Below, piece after piece: positions 22,101 through 32,881 of a stretch of DNA of 64,000 bases (the stretch's first letter is position 1; each line of letters begins with the position of its first letter). This stretch comes from Clostridia bacterium. Lineage in GTDB: Bacteria; Bacillota; Clostridia; RUG12999. The stretch lies in assembly GCA_045648785.1 (NCBI GenBank), contig JAZROP010000041.1:20268-84267 (forward strand). Reading direction: 5' to 3'. The translations under genes were made by a program, and so were the position numbers. The notes under the pieces are model-generated. The model had not been told where the DNA came from. It saw nothing but the letters and a program-made list of their open reading frames with translations, and searched no databases.

Positions 22101-24116
22101 TTACTCCTTTCGTGTATCATCAATATACTTGTCTATGGCATCCTTAAGCTGCGAAACAGCCTCGGACATTGAACAGGAAAGTTGAGCTCCTGCAATCACA
22201 CCGTGACCGCCTCCGCCAAGTTTTTCTAAGATAAACTGAACATTGACGCTGCCAAGGGATCTGCCACTTATACATATTGTTTTGCCGGATGAGCATAGAA
22301 CGAAGGAAGCTGTAATTCCCTCAAGTTCAAGCATTTCATCGGCGGCAGCCGCAGAAATTGCCTGAATATCCTCGTGCTTTGAATCGGCAACGGAAATTGC
22401 AATTTGATTTTTATAGACCTTTCCGGCGCGCACAATATCAGTACGCAACTTGTAAACATCCTTGCCACTTTGGAAAAGTAATTTGACATTTGACGAGTTA
22501 ACGCCCTTACGACGAAGATATGCAGCAGCCTCAAAGGTTCGTATGCCTGATTTAAATGTGAAACTCTTGGTATCAAGCTCAATACCTGAATAAAGGGCTT
22601 CGGCAATGAACGGGGTTATTGTTGACCCGTCATTGATATACTGAAGAAGTTCTGTGACCATTTCACAGGTTGAAGAAGCAGAGGGCTCGTGATAGGTGAG
22701 GGAAGCATCTTCGATAAAGTCTGAACTTTTTCTGTGGTGGTCGATAACAACTATACTGTCGGCTTTTTCAACAAGCTCTGGAAGCTCAGTGAGAGAGGCG
22801 CGATAAACATCAACAACAATTAAAAGCGTCCCGGAAGTAGCGATTTCTAGTGCCTGATCTTTTGTTATGAAAGAATGGATTATGCTTGATGCTTTGCAAC
22901 GGTCAAAGAGCTTTTTAGTGTTAAATACCATTGTCTCTGCAAGTATATATGCGGGCTTTCCCATACCTGCAGCGGCAGAATGCATAGCAAGTGCGGCACC
23001 GAAAGAGTCAAGGTCGGCATTTTTATGCCCCATTATAATAACTTTTTCTGCTTGTGCGATGAGATGACTGAGTGCGCCTGCCATAACCCTTGTTTTAACG
23101 CGGGTATATTTTTCCACATCTTTGCCGTTACCGCCAAAATAGGTGAATTTGGAGGCGTCTTTGACAACAACCTGATCACCGCCCCTGCCCAGAGCCATAT
23201 CAATGGCTTTGCGGGAAAAAGCTTCGTTTTCGGAAAAAGTTTTTCCTTCGACACCGATACCGATACTAACGGTTGGGGAAATCTGGTTTCCGCGGTTTAA
23301 AGATTTAATGCTTTCAAGAAGAGCAAATTTGTTGGCGCGGAATTTATCTAAGTTTTCATAATCAAACAGAATAAAATATTTGTCCCGTTCAAGGCGCTTT
23401 ACAACACCGTTTGCCGAGCGTGCCCATTCAGAAATAATATGTTCAATGTCGCCGGCAAGAACTGTTTTCATATTATCAGGTGTATTTTTCATTACATCAT
23501 CATAGTTATCCACTATAACGCTTGATATCACTGGTCTTGAGTTTTTATATGCAGATTTAAGCTGAACATGAGAGGTTTCGTCAAGCCAGTAAAGAATAGA
23601 AGAAACCTCGCCCGAATCAGATGAAAGAGAATTAACCAAAACTCGGTAGGTTCTGTCACCGATGGTTATCATAACACCAGAGGATGATTCCATAAGTTTT
23701 GAGATGCTGGTCTGCTCACCTATTATGCTTTTGATGTTTGTGTCGAAAGCATCGCCGATGTTAAACAGGGAGGCAAATTTGTCGTTATACCAGACAATAT
23801 TTCCGTCCGAACGAATAAGTGAAAGGGGCAGGGGAAAATGAAGCAATGAATCCTTACTGGTTGAATCTGTGTGAAAAGAGAGCATACGGATATATTCAAG
23901 AATATCCTTTTCTCTTTTAGATTCATGGATAAAACTGAAGACAGTCATAACTATCCATACACCAAACCCTATTGCAGAAACAATAATGTAATCACTTATT
24001 ATAAGCGGCAAAAGGGCTAGTACAAAAAGTACGCCGAGAAACAGCGATGTGTTTGATGCGAACATCTTTGAAAAAGTTTTATTATTCATAATAAAAACAC
24101 TCCGTTTTAAGAGCAA
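22101..24116 (-). CDS. gdpP: cyclic-di-AMP phosphodiesterase GdpP (YybT family: TM-PAS-degenerate GGDEF-DHH/DHHA1)
   Basis: Two N-terminal TM helices and a DHH/DHHA1 C-terminus, in the Bacillus yybS-yybT-rplI-dnaC position. Confidence 0.8.
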   Translation of the reverse strand: MLLKRSVFIMNNKTFSKMFASNTSLFLGVLFVLALLPLIISDYIIVSAIGFGVWIVMTVFSFIHESKREKDILEYIRMLSFHTDSTSKDSLLHFPLPLSLIRSDGNIVWYNDKFASLFNIGDAFDTNIKSIIGEQTSISKLMESSSGVMITIGDRTYRVLVNSLSSDSGEVSSILYWLDETSHVQLKSAYKNSRPVISSVIVDNYDDVMKNTPDNMKTVLAGDIEHIISEWARSANGVVKRLERDKYFILFDYENLDKFRANKFALLESIKSLNRGNQISPTVSIGIGVEGKTFSENEAFSRKAIDMALGRGGDQVVVKDASKFTYFGGNGKDVEKYTRVKTRVMAGALSHLIAQAEKVIIMGHKNADLDSFGAALAMHSAAAGMGKPAYILAETMVFNTKKLFDRCKASSIIHSFITKDQALEIATSGTLLIVVDVYRASLTELPELVEKADSIVVIDHHRKSSDFIEDASLTYHEPSASSTCEMVTELLQYINDGSTITPFIAEALYSGIELDTKSFTFKSGIRTFEAAAYLRRKGVNSSNVKLLFQSGKDVYKLRTDIVRAGKVYKNQIAISVADSKHEDIQAISAAAADEMLELEGITASFVLCSSGKTICISGRSLGSVNVQFILEKLGGGGHGVIAGAQLSCSMSEAVSQLKDAIDKYIDDTRKE

Positions 24117-24173
24117 AATTTTACACCTTTGTAAAATAATATTATACTACAATATAATATGACCAGTCAAGTA

Positions 24174-25127
24174 TTATTTTCCTTTAAGCATTCTTATTTT
24201 AGTACGATAATTAAACAGGGAGTCGGCAGCACCCAGAAGCATTGCAATAAGAATGGGGTTTGCAAAGTATAAAACTGACGAAACTATTGTAAGCAGAAAC
24301 GATACGCCAAGTAAAATACCGACTCTTGCAAAAACATTCTTAAACCGGATTTTTAAAAGAAAATCCAAAAGAGCAAATCCGCACATGGTTAAATAAACCG
24401 TCAGGACCATAAACACATTTGCCATCAGCCCTGAAAAAAACGGATTTTGTATTGTCTGGACAAAATATGTTATTATTGCAATAATTATAAAAAATGAAGG
24501 TGCGCGCATTTCGGAAAATGAGGGAACAATATCAAATTCCGGCTCGTTTTTTGCAAAACGACCACTAAGTTTGATGGAGAAATATGAGAGCAGGAAAATG
24601 AATGATAGTATAATTGCAGGTGCGATAACCTTGAGATTTTCAAAATATGCATTATAAAACTGTTTCATCTCTGCTGCAAGCTCAGCCGAATCTGAAGGGA
24701 AAGTCGCCATAACGGAATCAACGCTTTCTATCAAAAAGGATTTTGCTATGTTTAATACATCTGAAACAAAGTTTCCGCCATAAATAAAATATAATACACC
24801 AATCAGCACAAAAGGTCCGATTGTTCCGCAAAGCAGAACAGTTTTAAATTGTGCTTTGTTTTTAAGCGAAATGTATATGCCGACAACGGAAAATAATGTA
24901 ATAACTGGAAAGGTAATAGCAGAACCCATACCGGACAAAAAGTATATTGCCAGGCCGGAAAATGCTGCTGAAAAAACAGAATAAAGCACATGCCATTTTA
25001 CCGATAACGCAACCGAAAGAGCTACGGCAAACACCGAGAAAAGTGGCATAAGTATGCCCGAAAAGGGCAAAGCAAGTGTTAACAGTGTTGTAATAACAAA
25101 AAATAAAATTGGTTTAAGTATTTTCAT
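24174..25127 (-). CDS. yybS: YybS-like polytopic membrane protein (DUF2232)
   Basis: Multi-TM protein immediately upstream of gdpP, as in Bacillus. The ATG at 25127 (MKILKPILFF) overlaps the upstream gene's stop by 3 nt. Confidence 0.65.
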   Translation of the reverse strand: MKILKPILFFVITTLLTLALPFSGILMPLFSVFAVALSVALSVKWHVLYSVFSAAFSGLAIYFLSGMGSAITFPVITLFSVVGIYISLKNKAQFKTVLLCGTIGPFVLIGVLYFIYGGNFVSDVLNIAKSFLIESVDSVMATFPSDSAELAAEMKQFYNAYFENLKVIAPAIILSFIFLLSYFSIKLSGRFAKNEPEFDIVPSFSEMRAPSFFIIIAIITYFVQTIQNPFFSGLMANVFMVLTVYLTMCGFALLDFLLKIRFKNVFARVGILLGVSFLLTIVSSVLYFANPILIAMLLGAADSLFNYRTKIRMLKGK

Positions 25128-25128
25128 T

Positions 25129-27486
25129 TTAAATAACCTCAACGGCAGTAGAAATGATATTCTTTCTGCCAAACTGTTCAAAATCTACTGTAAGTATTGT
25201 CATTTTGGATGAAGCATCAACAGATGCAATAACTCCCTTGCCAAACTTTTTATGCATTACACAGGCTCCCGCAGAATAAGTTTTTGTATCTGTAAAGGTG
25301 TTTTCTGTAAAAGATGGCGGAGTAAATTTTTTGATTTTCTTTGGGTGAGATGGTGCTGAGTCTATAACAAAAGAGGTTTCGGACATGGGACGGAAACCTT
25401 TCTCAAACTCGATCAGTTGGGGCGGCAGTTCTGAAATAAACCTTGACGGGTCATTTTGCATAATTCTACCAAAAGATAGTCTACGACGCGCATGTGAAAT
25501 GAAAAGCTGTTTTTTTGCACGGGTAACAGCAACATAACACAGTCTGCGCTCCTCCTCAAGTTTTGTCATATCAACCGAAAATGGGTCTGTTTTCGGAAAA
25601 AGACCCTCTTCAAGTCCAACGATGAATACATACGGATATTCAAGACCCTTTGCGGCGTGGACGGTCATAAGTGTTACCTGGTCAGCACTCTCGTCTGATA
25701 CATCTGTGTCGGTAATAAGTGAAGTGTATTCAAGAAAATCAGCAGGGGAGACAATATTTTCACTTTCCTGCAGTTCCACTGCCATGGAAACAAGTTCTTC
25801 TATATTGTCGGTACGGGTTTTAGCGTCAACTTCACCCTCTTTTTCATATTCCTCGATAAGATGGGTGCGCTCAATTAGCTCTTTTAAGGTTTCAGCAGTT
25901 GAATGTTCTGTTGAAAATGTCGTAAGGTCGGATATGAGTAAATAAAAATCCTGCAGTTTATTTTTTGACTTTGAAATCTCAGGATAATCTGGACTTGAAA
26001 TAATTTCAAGAATACTTTTACCATTTGTGGCAGAAAGCTCTTCAAGAGTTGCAACGGTAGTCTGACCAATACCACGCTTTGGAAAGTTTATAATTCTTTT
26101 TAAACTCACATTGTCAAGCGGATTTATAAGAATCTTAAGATAAGCTAGCAGGTCTTTAATTTCTTTTCGCTCATAGAATCTAAGGCCCCCAATAATTTTA
26201 TAGGGGATTGCACTTCTGACAAGCGAGTCTTCTATTATTCGAGACTGCGAGTGAGTACGATATAAAACAGCAAAATCTCGATATGTTGCATTTTCAGAGT
26301 CCGAAAGGGAAGAAATTACCGATATAATTTTTTCAGCCTCATCACGGTCATCACTGGCCTCGTAACAATGAATTTTTTCACCGTCATCACTGCTTGTCCA
26401 CAAGGTTTTACCCTTGCGGTTTTTATTATTGGCAATAATGCTGTTTGCGGCATCAAGAATGTTTTTTGTTGAACGGTAATTCTGCTCAAGCCTTATTACA
26501 GTGCAGTTAGGGAATGAATTTTCAAAATCAATGATATTGCGAATATCGGCACCACGCCAACCGTAAATTGACTGGTCATCATCACCCACAACGCAAAGGT
26601 TTTTATGCTTTGAGCATAGCAAAGAAATAAGCTCATACTGAGCCCTGTTTGTATCCTGATATTCATCCACAAGAACATGACGGAATTTGGTTGCATAAAA
26701 TTCCAGCACATCGTCATATTTTCTGAAAAGCTTTATTGTCAGATTAATTATATCATCGAAATCTACTGCATTGTTTTCGCCAAGATATCGCTGATACAGT
26801 CTATATACTTTTGCAACATCCGCTTCTTTGGCGGTAGTAGCATCTTTTTCAAATTCGTCAGGCTCTGTTAGGTTGTCTTTTGCTCTGCCAATATATCCAA
26901 GAATTTCTTTCGGGGGAAGAATTTTTTCTGAAAACCCCAGTCGGTCAAGACACATTTTAACAAGTGTAATCTGGTCAGCGGTGTCATATATTACAAAATT
27001 GCTTGTGTATCCGCCTAGTTTATCAATGTTTCGACGAAGAATTTTCATGCAGATGGAGTGAAAAGTTCCTATCCACATATCATACACCGAATCACCGATA
27101 ATTGCCGCTACACGCTCTTTCATTTCATTTGCCGCTTTGTTTGTAAAGGTGAATGCAAGGATGTTGTAGGGCGCAATGGGATTGTCGGCAATAACATCAG
27201 AAATGTATTCGTCGGCAGGAAATCCGCTTTCTGCAAAGCTTTTCATATATGCAATAAAATTTTCATCTGCACCTGCAGGTATTGAATAACTATCATCAAA
27301 AGCACTGCCATATTTTAAAAGATATGCAATGCGACTGATGACGGTTGTTGTTTTGCCGCTGCCGGCACCTGCCAGAATAAGCAATGCTCCTCTTGATGTA
27401 AGAGCCGCTTTGAGTTGAGCGGAATTTAAGTGTTTAAATTCGTTTTTTATCAGTTGTTTTTTCAGGTTGTTATATTCATTTAACAT
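25129..27486 (-). CDS. pcrA: ATP-dependent DNA helicase PcrA/UvrD family
   Basis: SF1 helicase motifs LILAGAGSGKTTTV, VLVDEYQDTN, and the C-terminal UvrD_C domain. Confidence 0.88.
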   Translation of the reverse strand: MLNEYNNLKKQLIKNEFKHLNSAQLKAALTSRGALLILAGAGSGKTTTVISRIAYLLKYGSAFDDSYSIPAGADENFIAYMKSFAESGFPADEYISDVIADNPIAPYNILAFTFTNKAANEMKERVAAIIGDSVYDMWIGTFHSICMKILRRNIDKLGGYTSNFVIYDTADQITLVKMCLDRLGFSEKILPPKEILGYIGRAKDNLTEPDEFEKDATTAKEADVAKVYRLYQRYLGENNAVDFDDIINLTIKLFRKYDDVLEFYATKFRHVLVDEYQDTNRAQYELISLLCSKHKNLCVVGDDDQSIYGWRGADIRNIIDFENSFPNCTVIRLEQNYRSTKNILDAANSIIANNKNRKGKTLWTSSDDGEKIHCYEASDDRDEAEKIISVISSLSDSENATYRDFAVLYRTHSQSRIIEDSLVRSAIPYKIIGGLRFYERKEIKDLLAYLKILINPLDNVSLKRIINFPKRGIGQTTVATLEELSATNGKSILEIISSPDYPEISKSKNKLQDFYLLISDLTTFSTEHSTAETLKELIERTHLIEEYEKEGEVDAKTRTDNIEELVSMAVELQESENIVSPADFLEYTSLITDTDVSDESADQVTLMTVHAAKGLEYPYVFIVGLEEGLFPKTDPFSVDMTKLEEERRLCYVAVTRAKKQLFISHARRRLSFGRIMQNDPSRFISELPPQLIEFEKGFRPMSETSFVIDSAPSHPKKIKKFTPPSFTENTFTDTKTYSAGACVMHKKFGKGVIASVDASSKMTILTVDFEQFGRKNIISTAVEVI

Positions 27487-27501
27487 GATATTCTCCGGTA
27501 T

Positions 27502-29049
27502 TTATTTAACTGTCCACAAGGGAAGAAATGAAAATTCGTCTGATATTCCACCGGGTGATGGTGCATCAAAAACAGTTTTGTCGTAAACAACTTTTGATGA
27601 CTGAAACCAAAGAGGAATATGTGGCATATCTGTAAAGAACAGTTGCTGAAGCTGTTTTAATAATTCAACTCTCGTTGCTTTATCAGTGCACGAGGATATG
27701 CTGCTCAAAAGCTGGTCAGCTTTTTCCGAGGAATAGCCGCCAAAATTTGCACTTCCATCTGTGCTCATAAGGAAAGAATAGTTGTTGTTTAGTGAAATTA
27801 CCGTCTCACACAAAGCAAGGTCAAAACTTCCTGAAATGAGCGCGTCAATATATGAGTTGTAGTCAGGTTTTGAAATTGTAGTGTTTATTCCATAACTTCC
27901 AAGAAGATTTGAAATATACTGTGCAGCGATTATTTTAGATGAATTGTCACCATTTACCAAAATATCAAAGGAAAGTCGGCGTTTGCCACCGGCTGTTTCT
28001 TTGGCACGTATTCCACTTTCGTCCGGAACATAACCAATCTTTTCAAAAGCTTCTTTTGTATCTCCGTATGTCGCCTCGTTAACACAGGCAAAGTAAGCCT
28101 CAGGATTAACAAAACTGTCCGTATGGACAGCAAAATCCGGGAGTAAATCTTTAATAACACTATCCTGGGATGTGATTTCTGCAATAAGCCTTCTGACAGC
28201 AGGGTCGGCAAGATTTGAGTTTTCGTGATTTACAGCAAGAAAAGAATATCTGTTTGTATTAACGGGGAAACATGTCATTTGTCCGTCAATAGAATATAAA
28301 GAAGAATCATTTGCGGAAAGCTTTAAAAGATTGATTTTGCCAAGTTTGTAACTACTGTGAGCTGAATCTGAACCAGGCAGAAGAGTAACTTTGATTTTGT
28401 CCGCATGGCCTTTGCCTTTCGGAGTTTTTGCAATCAGCATATAAGATGAATAATCTTTATGCTCGGTCAGAATATAATCACCTGTTCCGACGGTATTAAC
28501 GCCATTTTCCAAAGCACCATTTTTCACAATAGGAAAGTTGAGCAAACATGGGAAACCTGAATCGGAATTTTCAAGCACAAAAGTGTAGCCAAAGCTTCCG
28601 TTTGGTGAATAATCGATAACATTTCTCAAATTGTCAAAATAAGGAGACGATTCTTCATATTCCATGATTTTTCTGACTGTATATTCAACATCTGACGAGG
28701 TGAAAGATGAGCCGTCGTCCCAAAAAATGTTGTTTTTTAAAGAAATGGTATATGAGGTGCAGTCTGCAGACGGGGAAATATCCTGTGCCAGACAACAGGA
28801 ATAGTCGAAGTTTTGTCCAACAGTAACAAGAGGACGAAACACCATAGAAAGCATAAGCCGCCCTGACTCCGTAGAAGTCAAAAGCGGATTTAAATCATTT
28901 CCTCTTATGGCGTACATATTTATTGTTTTATCATTTGCTACAGATGTATGCTCTGTTTGGTTCCCTGCGCCTTCGTCGGAGGGAGCATTGCTGCAACCGC
29001 AAAGCATACAGACAAGTAGAATTAACAGGATTTTTTTCAAATTATTCAC
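27502..29049 (-). CDS. orphan lipoprotein, solute-binding protein family 5 (peptide/nickel type)
   Basis: Lipobox LLVCMLCGC; the size and fold pattern fit SBP_bac_5. No permease or ATPase genes are adjacent. Confidence 0.55.
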   Translation of the reverse strand: MNNLKKILLILLVCMLCGCSNAPSDEGAGNQTEHTSVANDKTINMYAIRGNDLNPLLTSTESGRLMLSMVFRPLVTVGQNFDYSCCLAQDISPSADCTSYTISLKNNIFWDDGSSFTSSDVEYTVRKIMEYEESSPYFDNLRNVIDYSPNGSFGYTFVLENSDSGFPCLLNFPIVKNGALENGVNTVGTGDYILTEHKDYSSYMLIAKTPKGKGHADKIKVTLLPGSDSAHSSYKLGKINLLKLSANDSSLYSIDGQMTCFPVNTNRYSFLAVNHENSNLADPAVRRLIAEITSQDSVIKDLLPDFAVHTDSFVNPEAYFACVNEATYGDTKEAFEKIGYVPDESGIRAKETAGGKRRLSFDILVNGDNSSKIIAAQYISNLLGSYGINTTISKPDYNSYIDALISGSFDLALCETVISLNNNYSFLMSTDGSANFGGYSSEKADQLLSSISSCTDKATRVELLKQLQQLFFTDMPHIPLWFQSSKVVYDKTVFDAPSPGGISDEFSFLPLWTVK

Positions 29050-29052
29050 ATC

Positions 29053-29799
29053 CTATTCGTTTTCCATCATAGCGATAACATCTTTGGCAGACATACTGCC
29101 TGTTACCGTGTGCCTTTTGAGTGAAATTATACCATCAGCGGATACATCACCGCAAACTTCGCCAACGCGCATCATAAGTTTATATCCTGCAGCCTTTGCA
29201 AACTGTACAGCCTGAGGGCTGAATTTACCAAAAGGCGCGGCAAAAGCATCGCAGGATGTGCCGAGCTTTGACTCAATCAAAACCTTAGACCGTCTGAGTT
29301 CAAAAATGAGTTGGGCGGGAGTAAGAGTTGAAAGGTCTGCGTGGCTGTTTGTGTGACTGTAAATTTCAATACAACCACTATCAGACATTTCTTTTGCCTG
29401 TGTCCAGTCAAAGTGGGGGAAAGGTACATCCGAAATCCCTACCGAGCCTGTTACAGTAAAAATTGCAGCAGAAAAACCGTGTTTTTTAAGAAGTGGCATT
29501 GCATAAGTGTAGTTGCTTGTATATCCGTCATCGAAAGTTATAATAAACGGCTTTTTGGGAAGTTCAAACTGCCCGTTTGTGTAGCGTATATAATCTTTTA
29601 CCGTAACGGAATTGTACCCCTGTTTTTTAAATTCCTCAAGATGGCTTTCAAAACTGGCAGGAGTAATACTGCTGAGAGCCTGATCGTCAGAAAAAACATG
29701 GTCTGTATTATGATACATCAGCACGGGAATGTTATCGTAAGCCGAAACGCAGGTACTCAGTAAAAAAATAAATAAAATTAAAAGAGTAATTTTTTTCAT
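29053..29799 (-). CDS. polysaccharide deacetylase (NodB-homology domain), secreted
   Basis: Signal peptide, then the NodB motif [30 protein letters not shown]. Confidence 0.8.
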   Translation of the reverse strand: MKKITLLILFIFLLSTCVSAYDNIPVLMYHNTDHVFSDDQALSSITPASFESHLEEFKKQGYNSVTVKDYIRYTNGQFELPKKPFIITFDDGYTSNYTYAMPLLKKHGFSAAIFTVTGSVGISDVPFPHFDWTQAKEMSDSGCIEIYSHTNSHADLSTLTPAQLIFELRRSKVLIESKLGTSCDAFAAPFGKFSPQAVQFAKAAGYKLMMRVGEVCGDVSADGIISLKRHTVTGSMSAKDVIAMMENE

Positions 29800-30254
29800 T
29801 TATCTTCTCCGGTTAAGACTTTGAGCTCGTCCATAAATGTATCAAGGTCTTTGAAGTCTCGGTAAACAGAGGCAAATCGAACATAAGCTACAAGATCAAC
29901 ATCCTTGAGCTGTTCCATAACCAGCTGACCAATATAGTCGGTGGTAAATTCACGCTGAAGCGAATTTGCAAGTTTTTGCTCAACTGAGTTTACTATACCC
30001 TCTAAAACTTCAGTCGAAACTGAGCGTTTAACACAAGCGCGGAAAAGACCGCTAAGAATTTTTTCACGGTCAAAGCATTGACGGCTATTATCTTTTTTGA
30101 TAACAACTATCGGCATTGTTTCAACAACCTCATAGGTTGTAAATCTTTTTTCACATTTCAGACATTCTCTGCGTCGTCTGATAGAGGTGCCCTCCTCAGT
30201 GGGCCTTGTATCTATAACTTTACTGTCGGTATGTTCGCAATATGGACATTTCAT
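29796..30254 (-). CDS. nrdR: transcriptional repressor NrdR
   Basis: [42 protein letters not shown]: zinc ribbon plus ATP-cone. Confidence 0.95.
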   Translation of the reverse strand: MKCPYCEHTDSKVIDTRPTEEGTSIRRRRECLKCEKRFTTYEVVETMPIVVIKKDNSRQCFDREKILSGLFRACVKRSVSTEVLEGIVNSVEQKLANSLQREFTTDYIGQLVMEQLKDVDLVAYVRFASVYRDFKDLDTFMDELKVLTGEDK

Positions 30255-30424
30255 GATTATTAATAAACCTTTCTGCCTAAAATTTTGTTTATTTCCTACG
30301 GTCGTTTGTGCAGGAAAATATTAAATAATTTAACGATATAATATAGAAACTTATATATAATAATTTTAATATATAATGTCTTTTTCGTCAATAGTTTTTT
30401 GCAAAAAAATTCCTACTATTGCCG

Positions 30425-30453
30425 TTGACAATAATATCTTGGTGTGATAATAT
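30425..30453 (+). promoter_or_regulatory. sigma-A-type promoter for the dnaD/dnaI unit
   Basis: TTGACA - 17 nt - TAATAT; RBS GAAGGAGGA lies before the ATG at 30489. Confidence 0.55.
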
Positions 30454-30488
30454 ATTTTATGTGAATATTTTGCCCGAAGGAGGATGTT

Positions 30489-31424
30489 ATGGCATATATT
30501 AATCGTGCGCCTGATAAGGCACGGGAAATCATTGTAAGTGACATATTTATAACTGAATATATGCCTGAAGCAAACGCCAATTTTGTCAAGGTTTATCTTA
30601 TGGGACTAAGCATATGCATGAATGAGAAAGCCATGAGTCACAGTGAAATGGCCGACAAGCTTGGCTTACTAGAGTCTGACATTATTCGTGCGTGGAATTA
30701 TTGGGCAGATAAAAAAGTGGTAAAGTTTGACGGAGAAAATGTTGAATTTCTAAACCTTGAAAATATAAAACAGGTTCAAGTTATTGAAACTAAGCCTGTT
30801 TACTACCCGGATGAAATATCTGCGGCAGCGGCGGCTAGTCCTGAACTTTCGGGGATGTTTCAGATTGTACAGAAAATTTTACAGAAACCCTTTAGCTCCA
30901 ATGATTTAACTGTTATATATTCACTTTATGATTATTATCGAATTCCTCTGGATGTCATTCCGATGCTTATAACCTTTTGTATGAAAAATGGCAGAAAGAG
31001 TATGAGACAGATTGAAGGAACTGCTGTTAAATGGGTTGAAAAAGGAATTGACAGTGTTGAGGCGGCAGAAAAATATCTGAAAAAAGCCGAAGAATACGCT
31101 CGGGCGATCGAAAAATTGAAAAATGCATTTGGGATTGCAGACAGAAAATTTTCACCCACCGAAATAAAATACATAAATGGTTGGCTTTACGATTTGAAAG
31201 TGCCTTTTGAGAAAATAATGCAGGCGTATGACTTGTGTGCGGCTAATACAGGCAAGCTTTCGGTAAAATATATGAATACTGTTTTGAGAAATAACCATAC
31301 AGAAACGCGAACTAATGTGTTGGAAAACAAAGGAAAAAGCAATGCTGTTCCAACGAAATTTACAAACTTTGACCAGCGTGATTTTGACTATGACGCTTTT
31401 GAAAAAAGGACGGGAAACAAATGA
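30489..31424 (+). CDS. DnaD-domain replication initiation / membrane attachment protein
   Basis: DnaD/DnaB(Bsu)-like N-terminal domain plus a DDBH2-like C-terminal region. It is translationally coupled to the downstream helicase loader. Confidence 0.7.
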   Translation: MAYINRAPDKAREIIVSDIFITEYMPEANANFVKVYLMGLSICMNEKAMSHSEMADKLGLLESDIIRAWNYWADKKVVKFDGENVEFLNLENIKQVQVIETKPVYYPDEISAAAAASPELSGMFQIVQKILQKPFSSNDLTVIYSLYDYYRIPLDVIPMLITFCMKNGRKSMRQIEGTAVKWVEKGIDSVEAAEKYLKKAEEYARAIEKLKNAFGIADRKFSPTEIKYINGWLYDLKVPFEKIMQAYDLCAANTGKLSVKYMNTVLRNNHTETRTNVLENKGKSNAVPTKFTNFDQRDFDYDAFEKRTGNK

Positions 31425-32383
31425 TTTACGGAAATGAAGTTGAATCAAAGGTTAAAGACCTCTTTGAAAGAAAGCAGGCAAATGCAAGATTTCAAATTAA
31501 TGCACGCCGTGAAAAAATATATTCTGAAATTCCTGAAATCAGAGAAATTGAAGAGAAAATAAGCCGTGAAGGTATAAAACTTGCTAGGGCGACCATTAAA
31601 GGAAGCGAATATACTGCTGAAACAGACATTAATGCTTTGGCAGAAAAACGAGACAGTATTATGGCAGAAAATGGATACTCTCCTGATTACATTTTCGATG
31701 TATATGAGTGTAAAATTTGTAATGATACAGGATATGTTGGTGGTATGATGTGTGATTGCATGAAAAGGGAAATGCAAAAACAATCGCTTTTTTATTCAAA
31801 TATTGCCCCAGCACTTTTAACGGCTGATTTTGAGAAGTTTGATATTAATTATTACTCGGATAAAGCGGATGAACATGGAAATGTGCCGAGAGAAGAAATA
31901 AAATATATTCTTTCAAAATGTGAAGAGTTCATAGACGGATTTGGAAAAAAAGAACTGAAAAATCTATTCTTTTTTGGAAGTACGGGACTTGGAAAGACAT
32001 TTTTATCAGCAGCTATTGCAAAAAAAATGCTGGAAAAAGGCTTTTCGGTTGTATATTACAGTGCCAGACAGCTTCTTTCAATGATGACGGATTATGAATT
32101 TGGAAAAGCTCCCGAAAAAAAAGAAGCATGCGAAAGTATTTTTGAAGCAGACCTGCTTATAATTGACGATTTGGGCTCGGAGCAACAAACAGCCGTTTCA
32201 GCATCTACGCTGTTTGATATAATTAATACAAGAGCACTCAATGGCAGAAAAATGATAATCAATACAAATCTTGCTGCAAAAGACTTGCATCAGCTATATT
32301 CTGACCGGATTTTTTCAAGACTTATGGAATTTGAAAGATTAAAATTTATTGGTGAAGATGTAAGATTTATAAAAAACAGTTGA
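31421..32383 (+). CDS. dnaI: primosomal helicase loader DnaI/DnaC-like AAA+ ATPase
   Basis: Zinc module CKICNDTGYVGGMMCDC and Walker A FFFGSTGLGKTFLSAAIA; IstB-like AAA+. Confidence 0.8.
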   Translation: MIYGNEVESKVKDLFERKQANARFQINARREKIYSEIPEIREIEEKISREGIKLARATIKGSEYTAETDINALAEKRDSIMAENGYSPDYIFDVYECKICNDTGYVGGMMCDCMKREMQKQSLFYSNIAPALLTADFEKFDINYYSDKADEHGNVPREEIKYILSKCEEFIDGFGKKELKNLFFFGSTGLGKTFLSAAIAKKMLEKGFSVVYYSARQLLSMMTDYEFGKAPEKKEACESIFEADLLIIDDLGSEQQTAVSASTLFDIINTRALNGRKMIINTNLAAKDLHQLYSDRIFSRLMEFERLKFIGEDVRFIKNS

Positions 32384-32558
32384 TAGAGAAAAACAGACCG
32401 CACTGCGGTCGGTTTTTTCTGTAGTATGAAGGGGTTTTACCCGTAAATGATTTAAATTGTTTTGTAAAATATGCCGGACTTACAAAACAAAGCCTGTCAG
32501 CAATTTCGTTTATGGTGAGATTGTCATATTTTAATAACATTTGAATAGTTGTAATCAT
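32367..32558 (-). pseudogene. remnant of an AraC-family regulator (C-terminal helix-turn-helix only)
   Basis: 63 aa carrying IADRLCFVSPAYFTKQFKSFTGKTPSYYR (second AraC HTH). There is no ligand domain. Confidence 0.5.
32394..32418 (+). terminator. intrinsic terminator after dnaI
   Basis: GACCGC-ACT-GCGGTC followed by a T run. Confidence 0.65.
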
Positions 32559-32719
32559 ACAGATTTTAAAATTTTATTGGGTTCACACAACTTCACCTCG
32601 TTGTGATTATATTACACCAATTATTATCTGTCAATAAAAAGTTTCGAAAAGTTATATTATCATTGATTTATATTGCATGACGGTGTCTTTATGATAATAT
32701 TGATGACAAAATAAAAAAC

Positions 32720-32749
32720 TTGACATATAAAGTTGAAAATGGTTATACT
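32720..32749 (+). promoter_or_regulatory. promoter for the aldose epimerase gene, with a roughly 130-nt leader
   Basis: TTGACA - 18 nt - TATACT. The leader contains an 8-bp stem AGCAAACT...AGTTTGCT. Confidence 0.45.
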
Positions 32750-32881
32750 GTTATAGAGCAAACTGTAGTCGTGATAGTTTGCTTATGTACCGTGATGAAT
32801 ATGGTTATGAGCGTCAGTTTAGGCTTATGAAAATATAAAAAGTCCGGTGATTACTTTAAAAAAATTAAAGGAGCGAGATAA

